A DNA stretch of 64,000 nt from Bacteroidota bacterium (GTDB lineage Bacteria > Bacteroidota > Bacteroidia > Palsa-965). The notes under the pieces are model-generated. The model saw only the letters and a list, made by a program, of their open reading frames with translations. It ran no database searches and had not been told where the DNA came from. Position numbers and translations under genes: made by a program. Positions 38,400 through 49,322 of the stretch are shown in pieces. The stretch spans positions 68,622-132,621 of the forward strand of contig JADBYT010000019.1 of NCBI GenBank assembly GCA_020402865.1, written 5' to 3'. Each line of letters opens with the position of its first letter. Position 1 is the stretch's first letter.

Positions 38400-38987
38400 T
38401 TACTTCTTTTTCATCAATTCAATATCACACATAATCTCCACCATATTGCCCAAAATGGTGCCGCCGCCTTCAAGCGGTACATTCCAGGCAATACCAAACT
38501 GTGTACGGTCAATTTTGGTGCGGACAGACCAGCCTGATTTTACGTTTCCGTAAGGGTCTTTCTTTTCACCGCCATATACCGCTTCAAGCGTAATCTCTTT
38601 TGTTACACCTTTCATGGTAAGATTGCCCTTCACTTCATACAGGTTGTCTTTTACTTTTTTAAATGAAGTGCTTTTGAAGGTAATGGTGGGATTTTTCTCG
38701 GCATCAAAAAAGTCGGCACCCTTCAAGTGACCGTCGCGCTGTTCATTGCCGGTGTTAATTGAGCCGGTTTTAATGGTTACTTCAAGCACCGCATCGCTGA
38801 AATCAGCTTTGTTGGTGGTCATCTTGATTTCGTAATCGCTGAACCAGCCCATGGTTTTTGCCACGGTCATGTGCTCAATGGCAAACATTACAGAACTATG
38901 CGAGTTATCACAGCTCCATTCGGTTTGTGCGTTGCCAGTGGTCATTGCACCAGCAAGGATAAAGAGTGAAAGAAGAACTTTTTTCAT
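38400..38987 (-). CDS. YceI family periplasmic protein
   Basis: 195 aa with a signal peptide. It carries YceI-like motifs (SSVMFAIEHM...GSINTGNEQRDGHLKGADFFDAEKNPTITF). Confidence 0.85.
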   Translation of the reverse strand: MKKVLLSLFILAGAMTTGNAQTEWSCDNSHSSVMFAIEHMTVAKTMGWFSDYEIKMTTNKADFSDAVLEVTIKTGSINTGNEQRDGHLKGADFFDAEKNPTITFKSTSFKKVKDNLYEVKGNLTMKGVTKEITLEAVYGGEKKDPYGNVKSGWSVRTKIDRTQFGIAWNVPLEGGGTILGNMVEIMCDIELMKKK

Positions 38988-39092
38988 GTTTTCTGTTTTT
39001 GGTAGTTCAAATTTATGTCATTACAATATATGTATCGACATATTATTACTTGTTTTTCTTAACAGTTTTTTATCTGCCTGAAAATGAAAGGA

Positions 39093-39632
39093 TTAATTCT
39101 GAGCTGATTTCAGCCGGAACAATGCCGGTTCGAGAATTGCTTTTTTAGCCTCGTCGTTTATTGCAAAAAGAAGCGAGTTAGCTTCATTCAGTTGCGCGGC
39201 TTCAAACGGGCCGTGCATTTCATCAATTACTGTGGCAATTTCAATGCACGACTCAAGATCAGCATCAGGTACCAGCCTTGCAAAATTAATCAGGTAGGCC
39301 GAAAAATCGAGTCCGGTTTCCCAGCAGGCAGTGAGCAATGCCTTGCGGTGTTTGAGCAGACTTTTATCTTCCACAAGCATCACCATAAAATCACGCGCAT
39401 CATTGCGTTTTAACGCATCCAGTACTTCATGGCGAATATCCCGGCTGGCCGGATCGGTAAGCAATTTTACCGCATTGGCAATCTGTGCGGCATTTGCACC
39501 GCCATCCTGCTGTTTCGCTATATGGTCAGGTACCTTACCAAAATACAGGCTGCTGAAATTTTCAGTCTGATGGGAAAACCAGTTTGGCTGATTAACGGCT
39601 TCCTCGTTTTGTGGTGTATTGCCTTCGTTCAT
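39093..39632 (-). CDS. hypothetical protein
   Basis: The ORF runs 39093..39683 and opens with a non-ATG codon. The first ATG gives MNEGNTPQ at 39632. No motif recognised. Confidence 0.5.
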   Translation of the reverse strand: MNEGNTPQNEEAVNQPNWFSHQTENFSSLYFGKVPDHIAKQQDGGANAAQIANAVKLLTDPASRDIRHEVLDALKRNDARDFMVMLVEDKSLLKHRKALLTACWETGLDFSAYLINFARLVPDADLESCIEIATVIDEMHGPFEAAQLNEANSLLFAINDEAKKAILEPALFRLKSAQN

Positions 39633-39683
39633 TGCTGCAAAGTTAAGCAAACTGTTGCTAACACTGCCTGCACCAAAAAACAA

Positions 39684-39708
39684 GGCGGCACTGATTGCTC
39701 AGTGCCGC
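39684..39708 (-). terminator. intrinsic terminator of the 2453-aa cargo gene
   Basis: Perfect 11-bp stem ggcggcactga-ttgc-tcagtgccgcc followed by ttgttttttgg (a T-run on the minus strand), 24 nt after the stop at 39732. Confidence 0.55.
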
Positions 39709-39731
39709 CCTGCCATGTTATTGTGCAGTAA

Positions 39732-42700
39732 TTAGTCCTGCTTTACTACTTTCTGAATGAACGTCTTGCCATCAGCCACTACACGCACATAGTAAATACC
39801 ATTTGCGTAGTTGGTGAGGTCAAGCTGACGGTTTACATCGCCCTGAACGTTTGAAGCCATGTCTGACCACAGGATCTGGCCCTGTACGGTAAGCACTTCA
39901 ATGCTCATTTCGGTGTAATCAACGCCTTTCATAGAGAGCGTAAATGCACCATTGTTCGGGTTCGGGAACAGTGTAACTGTTGATACAACAGCCTGTTCTT
40001 CGATACCTACGCAGGGATCAACAACTACCAGATCAGAAGCCTGATTGGTACAGCCGTTAATATCGGTGTAGGTGTAGGTAATGGTGTAAGTACCCGGTGT
40101 AAGTGTGCTGGCGTTAAAGTTACCACCACCAGTGCCGGGGCCGCTCCAGTTACCACCAGCAGGTGTAGCTACGGTAAGCGGACGGGGGCCGTCGGTTGTA
40201 CAGGCAGTGTCAAAGCTCAGCGACACGGTAACCACAGGCAGGCTGTTGATTACTACGTTGATGTTGTCGGTTCCCGAACAGCCGGTTGCGGTGTCGGTAG
40301 CTACAAGGGCGTAGTTGCCAGAAGTGGTTGCAGTAATGGTTTGTGTGCTGGCAGCAGGTGTCCAGGCGTAGCTCAGGTTACCTGCGGGGCCGCTCAGTAC
40401 AATGCTGGTTCCGCAGAAGGTGGTGTCGTTACCAAGCGCAACTACCGGCGATGCATTTACAGTAATGTTAATTGAATCGCTGGCAGCGCAACCGGTTACC
40501 GAATCAGTTACAAGCACCGAATAAGCGTTTGTGGTGGTTACCGAATAAGTAACGTTGCCTGAGTTATCCTGCCACTGGTAGTTAAACGGACCAGAAGGAG
40601 CAGCAAGCACAAGCGGAGCATTGGCGCTGCAGATTGCGGTATCGTTACCAAGAGCCGGAGCCGGGGTAGCATTTACAGTAATTACTACGGTGTCGTTGCT
40701 GAAACAGGTTGTGGCTGTGTCGGTAACGAGTACGCTGTAAATACCGGTGCCGGTTACAGTGTAGTTCTGTGTGGCGGTGCTGTCTTGCCAGAGGTAGCTG
40801 TACGGACCAGAAGGACCGGCAATCACTACCGGCGTGCTGGCCGAGCAGTAGGCTGTGTCGTTGCCCAGTGTCTGTGCAGGCAGCGGGTTCACAAATACCG
40901 CAGCGGTGTCGCTTTCAAAGCAGCCGTTGGTGGTATCGGTTACAAGCAGCTCTACGTTACCTGCAGTGTTCACGCTTTCCACGTTGGTGGTGTTGGCACT
41001 GGTTGACCACACATAGGTGTAGTTTGTGCTCGACGGGCCAGAGAACGTGGCCGAGTTACCGGCGCAAAGCGTTACGTCAGCACCCAGTGAGAAGGCCGGA
41101 GCCGCATTCACACCAATCAGAATCGTATCGGTACCGGTACATCCGTTGGTGGTGTCGGTAACAAGTACGTTGTACACACCAAACGATGAGGCCGAATAGG
41201 TCTGTGTGGTGGTGCTGTCCTGCCACAGGTAAGTGTAGTTACCAGCCGTACCATCAAGCAGCAACGGTGTGTTTGAACAGATCACGGTGTCCGCTCCGAA
41301 GTTCGGCATCGGTGTGGGCAGTACGTGTACTGAAACGGTATCAGTAAGTGTACAGCTTGAAAGGGTGTCTGTAATCAGCACAATGTAGCTGCTGCTGGTA
41401 AACGGAGCCGCAGTCGGGTTCTGAATGTTCGGGTTCGATACCGTACCACCAGACCAAACGTATGAGTTGTTACCGCTTGCACGGGTAAAGATCATGTTCG
41501 GACGCTGGAAGAAGGTGCTGAAGCCTGATGAAGCACCGCATACACCTGAAGCATCCTGGTTAAGCACGGTTGTAGAAGAATACGAGGTGCTTGACTGACG
41601 GAATACCCAGTTCAACGTAAATGAATTGTTGTTGAAGCAGGTTTCCACGATGATGTTCGAAACACCATCCCAGTACCAGTTTGAGTTGAAGTTCAGGGTC
41701 ATGATACCGGTGGTCGGGTTCAGTGCAGCGTTGGTAAAGTAGCTGGTGAAACCGGTCATCTGGAATGCAGTGGTCATTGAAGTCAAAGTTGTGTTGGCAA
41801 TTTTGAGTTCAAAGTTCTGCAGCGCAGGCGACGGTGCCGGTGTGTTTGAACCAGCCGGGAGCTGGAAACCAAGTGCATTATAGAAACCAGGTGTCATACC
41901 GGCTGCGGTAAGTTCGGCAGCGGTAATCAGCATCTGGTGCTTGGCACCCCAGTAGAACTGACCAAACGGCGAGGGATAGCTGGTGGTGGTGTTAAGCACG
42001 TTCTGTGTACCCACGGTGAAGGTGGCAGGCGGGAACGTTACATCAAGCTGTACCTGAGTACCACCGCAAATGGTGTCGTTGCTTACAGAAGCATTGCCCA
42101 CAACAGCAGGAGCTACTACAGCCTGGATGGTATCAAAAGTGATACAGCCGCTGGCGGTGTCGGTAGCCTGAACTACATAGGTAGTGGTGTTGGCAGGTGT
42201 TGAAATTACAGTGTCACCTGCAGTTACGTTAAGCGCAGTGGCAGGTGTCCAGGTGTAATCATAACTAGCATTGCTGCTTGCTACGGTAAGGGTGGTTGAA
42301 CCGGTTCCGCAAATGGTGTTAGAGGTAGAAGCCGCAATGGTCGGTGCTGGTGTTACGGTAGCAATAACCGGTGTACGCGGTGTGCTGGCGCAGCCCGAAG
42401 AATAACGGATACGACCGTTCCAGTTACGGGTGGTGATGGTATAGCCAAAGTAGCTGCCACCATGTCCTTCACGAACAATCATGTCACCGTTGGTAAAGAG
42501 CGGGTTACCTACTGCAGTACCGTTGGTATAGTTCAGTGTGGGACCTGTAGTGGTTACAATGAACGAGTAGTCGGTACCGCTAGGAATGGTTACGTTAAGC
42601 GTGATGGGCAGCGGAGTGGGTACACCAAGACCTGCAGCTACTACGTTGGAAGCAGTTCCGAGCAGTGTCCAGCCCACGTTGCTTGTGGTAGAACCGGGGA

Positions 42701-45700
42701 TCAGGGTGTAGTCACCCGGGCGACCCCAGATTTCCCATGTAGCAGTACCCGAGGTCATGTGACCGTCCATACCGGTAATGGTAATGGTGTTGATAGCCGA
42801 AACACGGAACACGTTACCTGATGAACCATTACCCGCAGCAAATGTGGTGGTGATGGTGGTTGGCGGTGTACCGGTTGCATTTTCAGCATAGAAGGTGGTG
42901 GTGGTGCTTACCGTGGGGGTATAAGTGTTACCCGTGGCAAGCTGTGTACCAGCGGTGGGCTGGTTGTACCAACGGATGGTGCCTGAGCCTGTAGCGGTAA
43001 GCGTAACCGGACCTGTACCGCAACGTGTTGCACCGGCAACGGTGGGCGGAGCCACAAACTGCGGGAACAGTGTATCAATGGCCGAGTTGTGCTGGCCGCA
43101 GATTACTGCACGGTAGTAGGTGGTGTCAGTCGGAATAATTGAGAGTGAAGTGTTTGTGGCACCTACAATGTTGGTCCAGGTAATGTTGTCGGGCGATTCC
43201 TGCCACTGGATGGTACCGCCGTTGGTGAAACCGGATACGTTGAGTGTACCCTGATCGCCAAGACAAATGCGGCCTCCGCCTGAAGCGAGTGCAGTACCGG
43301 CAGCAACCACAATGTTTTGCGGGCCGAAAGCATCGTTCAGGGTAAGTACTTCAGTACCGGTGGTTGCAGTTGCGCTGAAACCATACGTACCTACAGCACC
43401 CATGTTATAGGTGGTGGTAATGGTGGTATCAAGGAAACCGCTGGCCGGAATAATGCCGCTGGTGATCGGTCCGAGTGTGTAACTCTGCGGGTTCGGGCCG
43501 GTAACGCTCACGTTAATGGTCACACCATTGCCGGGCAGCGCCATGTTAAGGGCTGAGCTGGCATAGTTACGTACACGCACACGGATGGTTTGTGTGGGCG
43601 AATAACATCCCGGTACAGCAGGCTGCAGGAATGCAAAGGCTCCGATATCCACGTTAAGCGGAATACCGTCAAATTCGTCGGCACCCATATCGGGGGCTGT
43701 ACCACCACCGTTTACGGCTGTGGGACCCGGACGCACCTGAAGGTCGATATCGTTGGGCACATAAGAAAGTGTGGTAGCGCGCGATTCGAGCGGGCTTACA
43801 GTAGCATTGTTGATGCGCAGGTTGGTGGCCGAAATAAAGTTCGGGTTTACGGCAATAGAGCTGCCGTTGCCGCCAATGGCCAGAATGATGCCGCTCACAC
43901 CGGTTACGTTTACCGCGTTAATTACTGCGGTCTGGTAACCTGTACCGTTACCGAAATAATCGTTGTTATCGCTGGTAAAGGTGGTGCCGTTGTTCAGGCT
44001 CATTGCGTAGTGTGTACCGGTAGAAGTACCGTTAGAACGGGTGTTTACCAGAATGTTATTGCGAAGTTCGTCAACAGCAGTGGTTACACGACGGTAAGCA
44101 ATGGTGTTTGCTGCACCGCCGGCTACACCGGCACCGTTAATGTTTACGGTGTTGAAGTTAACTGCAGCAGTAGCACTGGTTTCTTTGTTGATACCGATAA
44201 AGCTGTTCGGAGCAGTAATAGCCGCACCGGTAATATCGCTTCCGAGGTTCACAAAGTTGTTGAACACACGGGTCGGGTTACCCACAAGGCTGATACCATA
44301 CACAACCGGAGTGCCGCTGGTGAGCGGAGCGCCCATGCCGGCTACGTTGTTGTAAGCAACATCTGTATTCGCAAATGTGCCGGTAGAACCTGCAATGGTA
44401 ATACCGCTAACCATTACGTTACCAGTTGCTGAACCATTGGCAAGTGTATTTACCGTGTTGCTGTTTACCGCGTTGGTGCTGGTGCTGAATGTGGCCAGTG
44501 TAATACCCTGCATAGATGCACTGGCACCTGTGCTCGCGTTGGGCGCAAGAGTAGCAAGGTTGCGAACGGTGTTGCCGGTAATGGTGTTGATACCGCTGGT
44601 GGAATAAATACCACGTACCACAGCACCGGTTGAAGTACCGGCATACTGGCTCGTAAGGTTCATTACCGTGTTGTTGGTAATGTTTACGTTGTTGAATGCC
44701 GAACTGTTAATACCCATTACAATTGAAGCAGTGGTACTGCTATTAGGTGCAGTAACCACACTGTTGGGCACGGTAAGACTGCCCACGGTGTTGCCGGAAA
44801 TGGTTGACGGAGCACCGCTGGTGCTCTGAATACCGGTAAAGCTGCTGGAAATGGTGGGCAGTGAGGTATTGCAGGTAAAGCCACCCACCAGGTTGTTGCT
44901 GATTACTACAGCGCCTGACGAAGTGTTGCTGATACCCATGTTTAAACCACCTGAAGTAGAGCAAGAGGTAACAATGGCACCAGCCGCAGTGGTAGAACCG
45001 ATTACGTTGGGAGTAACCGTACCAATGTTCAGGTTATGTGTGGTACCCAGTGTCTGGATACCGCAAATGATACCCGGACTTGTGGTTGCACCGCTTGTGG
45101 TGGTAAGGTTGATGTTGGTAAAGGTGTTGCCCTGAATGCTGGTAGGTGTAAGGTTACCTGAGCTGTTACCGTTTACAGAAATACCCACCAGACGGGTTGC
45201 TGCCGCACCTGCATAGGTCCATGCTGTGCCGCCGGCGTTGGGTGCTGTACCACCAATAAAGTTAGCGGAAATGTTATGCCCGCCTGAACCAGAAGCTGTA
45301 CCTGAAATCAGAATACCGTAGTGCAGCACACCTGTGGTAAACGTGCGGGTAGCTGTCTGGTAAAAACTGTTGTTGGTAATTGTCCAGTTACGGATGTTAC
45401 CGCCAAGGTTCATGGCTGCATTCTGACCGGTAGCAATAAACCAGTCGCGGAACAGGTTGTTGCTGATGGTTACCGATGAAATGAACGAGTTGGCGAGTCC
45501 ATTTGCAGAGAAAATGAACTGCTGCGGGTTGGTGGCACCGTTTGCAAAATCGCAATTGGTGATGAAGTGGCCGCTTGAACCGTTTACGGTTGCAGGGGCA
45601 GTGTACTGTACAGCACCCAGTGCAAGACCGGTGTTTACAGAACGCACGTTTACATAGTTCAAACCGATGTTTGAAGCATCGCCGCCTACCTGTACAACTG

Positions 45701-47093
45701 CACCGGTGGTTGACGTGTTGGCAAGTGTAAGCTGAATTACGGTGCCTACTGAACCAGGACGACCATCAAACACAATGTTGCCGGCACCATTGAAGTTAAT
45801 GGTTTGTAGGGCGTTACTGGTGATTGAAAGGTTGGTGGCGCCAAGCTCCGGACGAACGGTAATGGTGTTTGCCGGGCTGTTGCCGAGGAACGGAATGGTA
45901 AGCGGGAAGGTTTCAACCGTGCTCACGTAAGCAGCCTGAAGGTCGAATACCAGCGGACAGCTTACACCGTTTGTAGCTACCGCAGCAAAAGCAGCGGTAA
46001 GTGAGGTATAGGCACCTGTGGGTCCAACGGTAAACGTACCGCAAAGTGTACCCGGCAGTGTAGCCTGCGAGCCTGAAACAGCCAGTGAGGGCGTAATGGC
46101 TACCGCATACACACGGTAATAATAAAGCGTGTTGTTGAACAAACCGGTTTGGTTAAGCGTGTAACCTGTACCCGTTGTTGCAGATGAGGTTGAGGCTACC
46201 GTACCGGCCGGAACGAATGTAATGTTGTCGAGCGAACGCTCCACAAAGAAAGACGTTTCGTTGGTTGAGTTATCCACCCAGTTCAGCGTCATTGCAGTAG
46301 CTGTAACTGCCGTAAAGGTAAGGGTGGTGGGAGCAGCCGGAGCAGCCGGAGGAGCCCAGGTGTAGGTTTGTCCGCTGGCAGGCGCAAGGGTTGAGTTCAT
46401 TTCGCAGGTTGCGTTGTTGGCAGTGCCTGCAATTGAAGTTGCCCATGTGTGAAGACCATTGGAAACAACGCGGTTATTGTAGTCGGCAGAACCGGTGCCG
46501 CGCAGACCAACCTCAAACAAGCCTGCAAGCTGCAGACTGCTTGTGTTGCCATATACTACATCCACATTGTGGTTGCTCTCCGAAAGACGGATCTGGAAGT
46601 TATAGACATCACTTCCGGTTGAGCTGGGATAATCATCGTAGTTTGTCCACTGTACCACAAGTGTACGGTTAGGAGCTGTACCGATAGTCTGGAAACGCAG
46701 ATCACCCGTAGTAGCGTCGCCCTGAATATCTGCAGAAAGCGCTGCAACTACGTTGTTGCTTGAACCCAAACTAATGGCGTTGTAGGAACTTACCACAGTA
46801 GATCCTAAAGAAAGGAAACCGTTTGAGTTTACACTGAAACGGGTAAATGCCTGTCCGTTATACCAAAAGGTAAAACCAATCGGGTTATCCGGAAAGCTGG
46901 TGTCATCATTGCCTGGTACACCAAGCACTGTTCCGCCTGAAACAGGAGCGTATGTGCCCGACGACTGCGAAAAGGAGTAAGTGGATACCTGAGCCTGTGC
47001 TACAAGCCCTAATCCCATTACACCTATCAAAGCCGAACAAAAGCGCTTGTACGCACGTCCTGTACTGCCTAACAAGGAGTAGGTTCTCTTCAT
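39732..47093 (-). CDS. giant (2453 aa) secreted beta-helix/Ig-repeat surface protein with a T9SS type A C-terminal sorting domain
   Basis: Signal peptide (...GVMGLGLVAQAQ). It has long parallel-beta-helix-like N/T/G-rich repeats and repeated Ig-like modules. The C-terminus (LFPNPNNGAFTLSM...GIYYVRVVADGKTFIQKVVKQD) is a type A CTD. Confidence 0.85.
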   Translation of the reverse strand: MKRTYSLLGSTGRAYKRFCSALIGVMGLGLVAQAQVSTYSFSQSSGTYAPVSGGTVLGVPGNDDTSFPDNPIGFTFWYNGQAFTRFSVNSNGFLSLGSTVVSSYNAISLGSSNNVVAALSADIQGDATTGDLRFQTIGTAPNRTLVVQWTNYDDYPSSTGSDVYNFQIRLSESNHNVDVVYGNTSSLQLAGLFEVGLRGTGSADYNNRVVSNGLHTWATSIAGTANNATCEMNSTLAPASGQTYTWAPPAAPAAPTTLTFTAVTATAMTLNWVDNSTNETSFFVERSLDNITFVPAGTVASTSSATTGTGYTLNQTGLFNNTLYYYRVYAVAITPSLAVSGSQATLPGTLCGTFTVGPTGAYTSLTAAFAAVATNGVSCPLVFDLQAAYVSTVETFPLTIPFLGNSPANTITVRPELGATNLSITSNALQTINFNGAGNIVFDGRPGSVGTVIQLTLANTSTTGAVVQVGGDASNIGLNYVNVRSVNTGLALGAVQYTAPATVNGSSGHFITNCDFANGATNPQQFIFSANGLANSFISSVTISNNLFRDWFIATGQNAAMNLGGNIRNWTITNNSFYQTATRTFTTGVLHYGILISGTASGSGGHNISANFIGGTAPNAGGTAWTYAGAAATRLVGISVNGNSSGNLTPTSIQGNTFTNINLTTTSGATTSPGIICGIQTLGTTHNLNIGTVTPNVIGSTTAAGAIVTSCSTSGGLNMGISNTSSGAVVISNNLVGGFTCNTSLPTISSSFTGIQSTSGAPSTISGNTVGSLTVPNSVVTAPNSSTTASIVMGINSSAFNNVNITNNTVMNLTSQYAGTSTGAVVRGIYSTSGINTITGNTVRNLATLAPNASTGASASMQGITLATFSTSTNAVNSNTVNTLANGSATGNVMVSGITIAGSTGTFANTDVAYNNVAGMGAPLTSGTPVVYGISLVGNPTRVFNNFVNLGSDITGAAITAPNSFIGINKETSATAAVNFNTVNINGAGVAGGAANTIAYRRVTTAVDELRNNILVNTRSNGTSTGTHYAMSLNNGTTFTSDNNDYFGNGTGYQTAVINAVNVTGVSGIILAIGGNGSSIAVNPNFISATNLRINNATVSPLESRATTLSYVPNDIDLQVRPGPTAVNGGGTAPDMGADEFDGIPLNVDIGAFAFLQPAVPGCYSPTQTIRVRVRNYASSALNMALPGNGVTINVSVTGPNPQSYTLGPITSGIIPASGFLDTTITTTYNMGAVGTYGFSATATTGTEVLTLNDAFGPQNIVVAAGTALASGGGRICLGDQGTLNVSGFTNGGTIQWQESPDNITWTNIVGATNTSLSIIPTDTTYYRAVICGQHNSAIDTLFPQFVAPPTVAGATRCGTGPVTLTATGSGTIRWYNQPTAGTQLATGNTYTPTVSTTTTFYAENATGTPPTTITTTFAAGNGSSGNVFRVSAINTITITGMDGHMTSGTATWEIWGRPGDYTLIPGSTTSNVGWTLLGTASNVVAAGLGVPTPLPITLNVTIPSGTDYSFIVTTTGPTLNYTNGTAVGNPLFTNGDMIVREGHGGSYFGYTITTRNWNGRIRYSSGCASTPRTPVIATVTPAPTIAASTSNTICGTGSTTLTVASSNASYDYTWTPATALNVTAGDTVISTPANTTTYVVQATDTASGCITFDTIQAVVAPAVVGNASVSNDTICGGTQVQLDVTFPPATFTVGTQNVLNTTTSYPSPFGQFYWGAKHQMLITAAELTAAGMTPGFYNALGFQLPAGSNTPAPSPALQNFELKIANTTLTSMTTAFQMTGFTSYFTNAALNPTTGIMTLNFNSNWYWDGVSNIIVETCFNNNSFTLNWVFRQSSTSYSSTTVLNQDASGVCGASSGFSTFFQRPNMIFTRASGNNSYVWSGGTVSNPNIQNPTAAPFTSSSYIVLITDTLSSCTLTDTVSVHVLPTPMPNFGADTVICSNTPLLLDGTAGNYTYLWQDSTTTQTYSASSFGVYNVLVTDTTNGCTGTDTILIGVNAAPAFSLGADVTLCAGNSATFSGPSSTNYTYVWSTSANTTNVESVNTAGNVELLVTDTTNGCFESDTAAVFVNPLPAQTLGNDTAYCSASTPVVIAGPSGPYSYLWQDSTATQNYTVTGTGIYSVLVTDTATTCFSNDTVVITVNATPAPALGNDTAICSANAPLVLAAPSGPFNYQWQDNSGNVTYSVTTTNAYSVLVTDSVTGCAASDSINITVNASPVVALGNDTTFCGTSIVLSGPAGNLSYAWTPAASTQTITATTSGNYALVATDTATGCSGTDNINVVINSLPVVTVSLSFDTACTTDGPRPLTVATPAGGNWSGPGTGGGNFNASTLTPGTYTITYTYTDINGCTNQASDLVVVDPCVGIEEQAVVSTVTLFPNPNNGAFTLSMKGVDYTEMSIEVLTVQGQILWSDMASNVQGDVNRQLDLTNYANGIYYVRVVADGKTFIQKVVKQD

Positions 47094-47384
47094 GGGGTGA
47101 AGATTTTTGTTGAGATGGATAAATTAAGTGTTGCCTGATTATTGGCGGAAAGTTAGGAAAAAAACCGACTTATGAAATGCTTGTTGTTAATAACTCAATA
47201 TCGATTTAGGCCCCGGAATACGCAATTCGGGTTGTTTCGTGGTAAGGAATTTTATATTTAATATGCTGTTTATTAGTTTTTTGTATTAGAAAAACAATTG
47301 TGCTGCTTGCATAAAAATAATATGTACTTACATTCAATTATTAACAAGAGAATCCGTGAATTTAATCTGAAATATAGGTTTGAC

Positions 47385-48041
47385 TTAACGATTTCCGAAG
47401 ATTGTGCTGCCAATTCGCACCATATTGCTGCCCTGCTGCACGGCAGTCTGCCAGTCGCTGCTCATGCCCATTGAAAGGATATTGAAATCCGTACCGGCAT
47501 GCGTGCGGACTGTTTCAAACAATGCGGCCACCTGTGAAAATTCAGCTGCCACCTGGCTTTTCTCATCAGTATTGGTGGCCATAGCCATGAGTCCACGTAT
47601 GCGTACATGGGGGTAATCCCTCAGGTTTTCAGAGGCAAAAAAGGTGGTTAATTCTTCGGGATAGAAGCCGAATTTGGTTTCCTCACGTGCTACAAATACC
47701 TGTAAAAGCACATCTATTTTCCGGCCGCATTTTCCGGCCTGTTTATTAATCTCGGCCAGCAGTTTTTCACTGTCAACCGAATGAATGAGCGACACAAACG
47801 GAGCAATATATTTTACCTTATTGCTTTGCAGGTGACCAATCAGGTGCCATTCAATGTCTTTGGGCAATTCTTCGTATTTGGGCACAAGTTCCTGCACCCG
47901 GTTTTCGCCGAAAACCCGTTGTCCGGCATGGTAGGCTTCCAGAATACGGTCAGCTGCATGAGTTTTTGAAACAGCCACAAGGGTAACACCTTCCGGCAAC
48001 ATTGCATTTACTTCAGCAAGTTTTGTGCGAATAGTTGTCAT
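47385..48041 (-). CDS. yggS: YggS family pyridoxal-phosphate-dependent (PLP homeostasis) protein
   Basis: 218 aa with LVAVSKTHAADRILEAYHAGQRVFGENRVQEL...HLIGHLQSNK, the YggS/alanine-racemase-N-terminal signature. Confidence 0.9.
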   Translation of the reverse strand: MTTIRTKLAEVNAMLPEGVTLVAVSKTHAADRILEAYHAGQRVFGENRVQELVPKYEELPKDIEWHLIGHLQSNKVKYIAPFVSLIHSVDSEKLLAEINKQAGKCGRKIDVLLQVFVAREETKFGFYPEELTTFFASENLRDYPHVRIRGLMAMATNTDEKSQVAAEFSQVAALFETVRTHAGTDFNILSMGMSSDWQTAVQQGSNMVRIGSTIFGNR

Positions 48042-48043
48042 GC

Positions 48044-49300
48044 TTACTGATGGTCTTCGCTAAGGCTGTACATCACAAGTCCGCTGCGCATTTTAGGCTC
48101 AACCCAGGTAGTCTTCGGAGGCATAATATTGCCTGTGTCGGCAATGCGTTTGAGCTCCTGCATGGCAACCGGATATAAGCCAAAGGCCACTTTAAACTTC
48201 CAGTTATCCACCTGATTTTTTAATTCTTCCGGTCCCTTAATTCCGGATACGAACCCAACACGCTTATCCACTTTCAGGTCTTTTATACCCAGCACAGGAT
48301 CGAGAATGTATTTGGTGAGCAGATAGGCGTCAAGTGATTCAACCGGATTCTCATTGTTGGTTCGGCCCTCGCGCAAATGCAGCATGTACCAGTTTTTATC
48401 GAGATACATGCTGAATACGTGTTTGTGTTCGGGCTGTACAATGTCGGGGCCGGCTTTGCGTATTTCAAAATCGGTTTCCAGTTTTGCCAGAAACTCGCTC
48501 TCGGTAAGTCCGTTGAGGTCTTTCACCACACGGTTGAAATCGTAAATGCGCAATTGTGATTCGGGAAAAAACACGCCGAGGTAATAGTTCCAGGCTTCTT
48601 TGCCCGAATGTTGTCCTGCTTTTTCACGCCTTTCCTTACCCAGCAGCGCCGAAGATGCCGAGCGGTGATGCCCGTCGGCAATGTACACGGCCGGAATCTG
48701 TTCAAAACGTTCGCGCAGATGCTTCACCTGCTCGGGCTGATCCACCACCCACAGTGTGTGTCTGACACGGTCGGTAGTGGTAAAATCAAAATCGGCCCGG
48801 CGTTCGGTGGCCAGCATCATCAGGGTGTTAATCTCGGCATCGTCGGGATAGCAAAACAGCACCGGCTCGGCGTTAAAGTCGCACACATCCAGATAATCTT
48901 TCAGTTTGTTTTCGCGCTCGGTGAGTGTTTGCTCGTGAATTTTGATGATGCCGTTGAAATAATCGTCAATGCCCGTACAGGCAATAATTCCGGTGTATGT
49001 ATTGCCCTGCTTGGTTTGCCGGTACACATAATAAGCAGGGTTATTATCCTGTTCAAAAACACCGTCGGCATAAAATTTTTCCCAGGTGGCTTTCACTTTC
49101 TGAAGCCTTTCGGGCGAGCCGGGTTTGGTTTTTTGGCCGTCGGTAAAATCAGGATTGATTACGTGGAGGAACGTGAACGGATTTCCGCGCAGTTTTTCGT
49201 TCAGATCGCCGCGGCTGTAATTGTCAACCGAGCGAGAAGCCACCAGATGCACTTTATCTGCTGCCGGCCGGATACCGCGAAAAGGTAGAATGCTTGCCAT
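48044..49300 (-). CDS. DUF1015 family protein
   Basis: The ORF runs 48044..49483, and the likely ATG is 49300 (MASILPFRGIRPA, the typical DUF1015 N-terminus). It is 419 aa and is flanked by serA and yggS on the same strand. Confidence 0.7.
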   Translation of the reverse strand: MASILPFRGIRPAADKVHLVASRSVDNYSRGDLNEKLRGNPFTFLHVINPDFTDGQKTKPGSPERLQKVKATWEKFYADGVFEQDNNPAYYVYRQTKQGNTYTGIIACTGIDDYFNGIIKIHEQTLTERENKLKDYLDVCDFNAEPVLFCYPDDAEINTLMMLATERRADFDFTTTDRVRHTLWVVDQPEQVKHLRERFEQIPAVYIADGHHRSASSALLGKERREKAGQHSGKEAWNYYLGVFFPESQLRIYDFNRVVKDLNGLTESEFLAKLETDFEIRKAGPDIVQPEHKHVFSMYLDKNWYMLHLREGRTNNENPVESLDAYLLTKYILDPVLGIKDLKVDKRVGFVSGIKGPEELKNQVDNWKFKVAFGLYPVAMQELKRIADTGNIMPPKTTWVEPKMRSGLVMYSLSEDHQ

Positions 49301-49322
49301 AATTCTGCTGCGCTGTTTTGTG

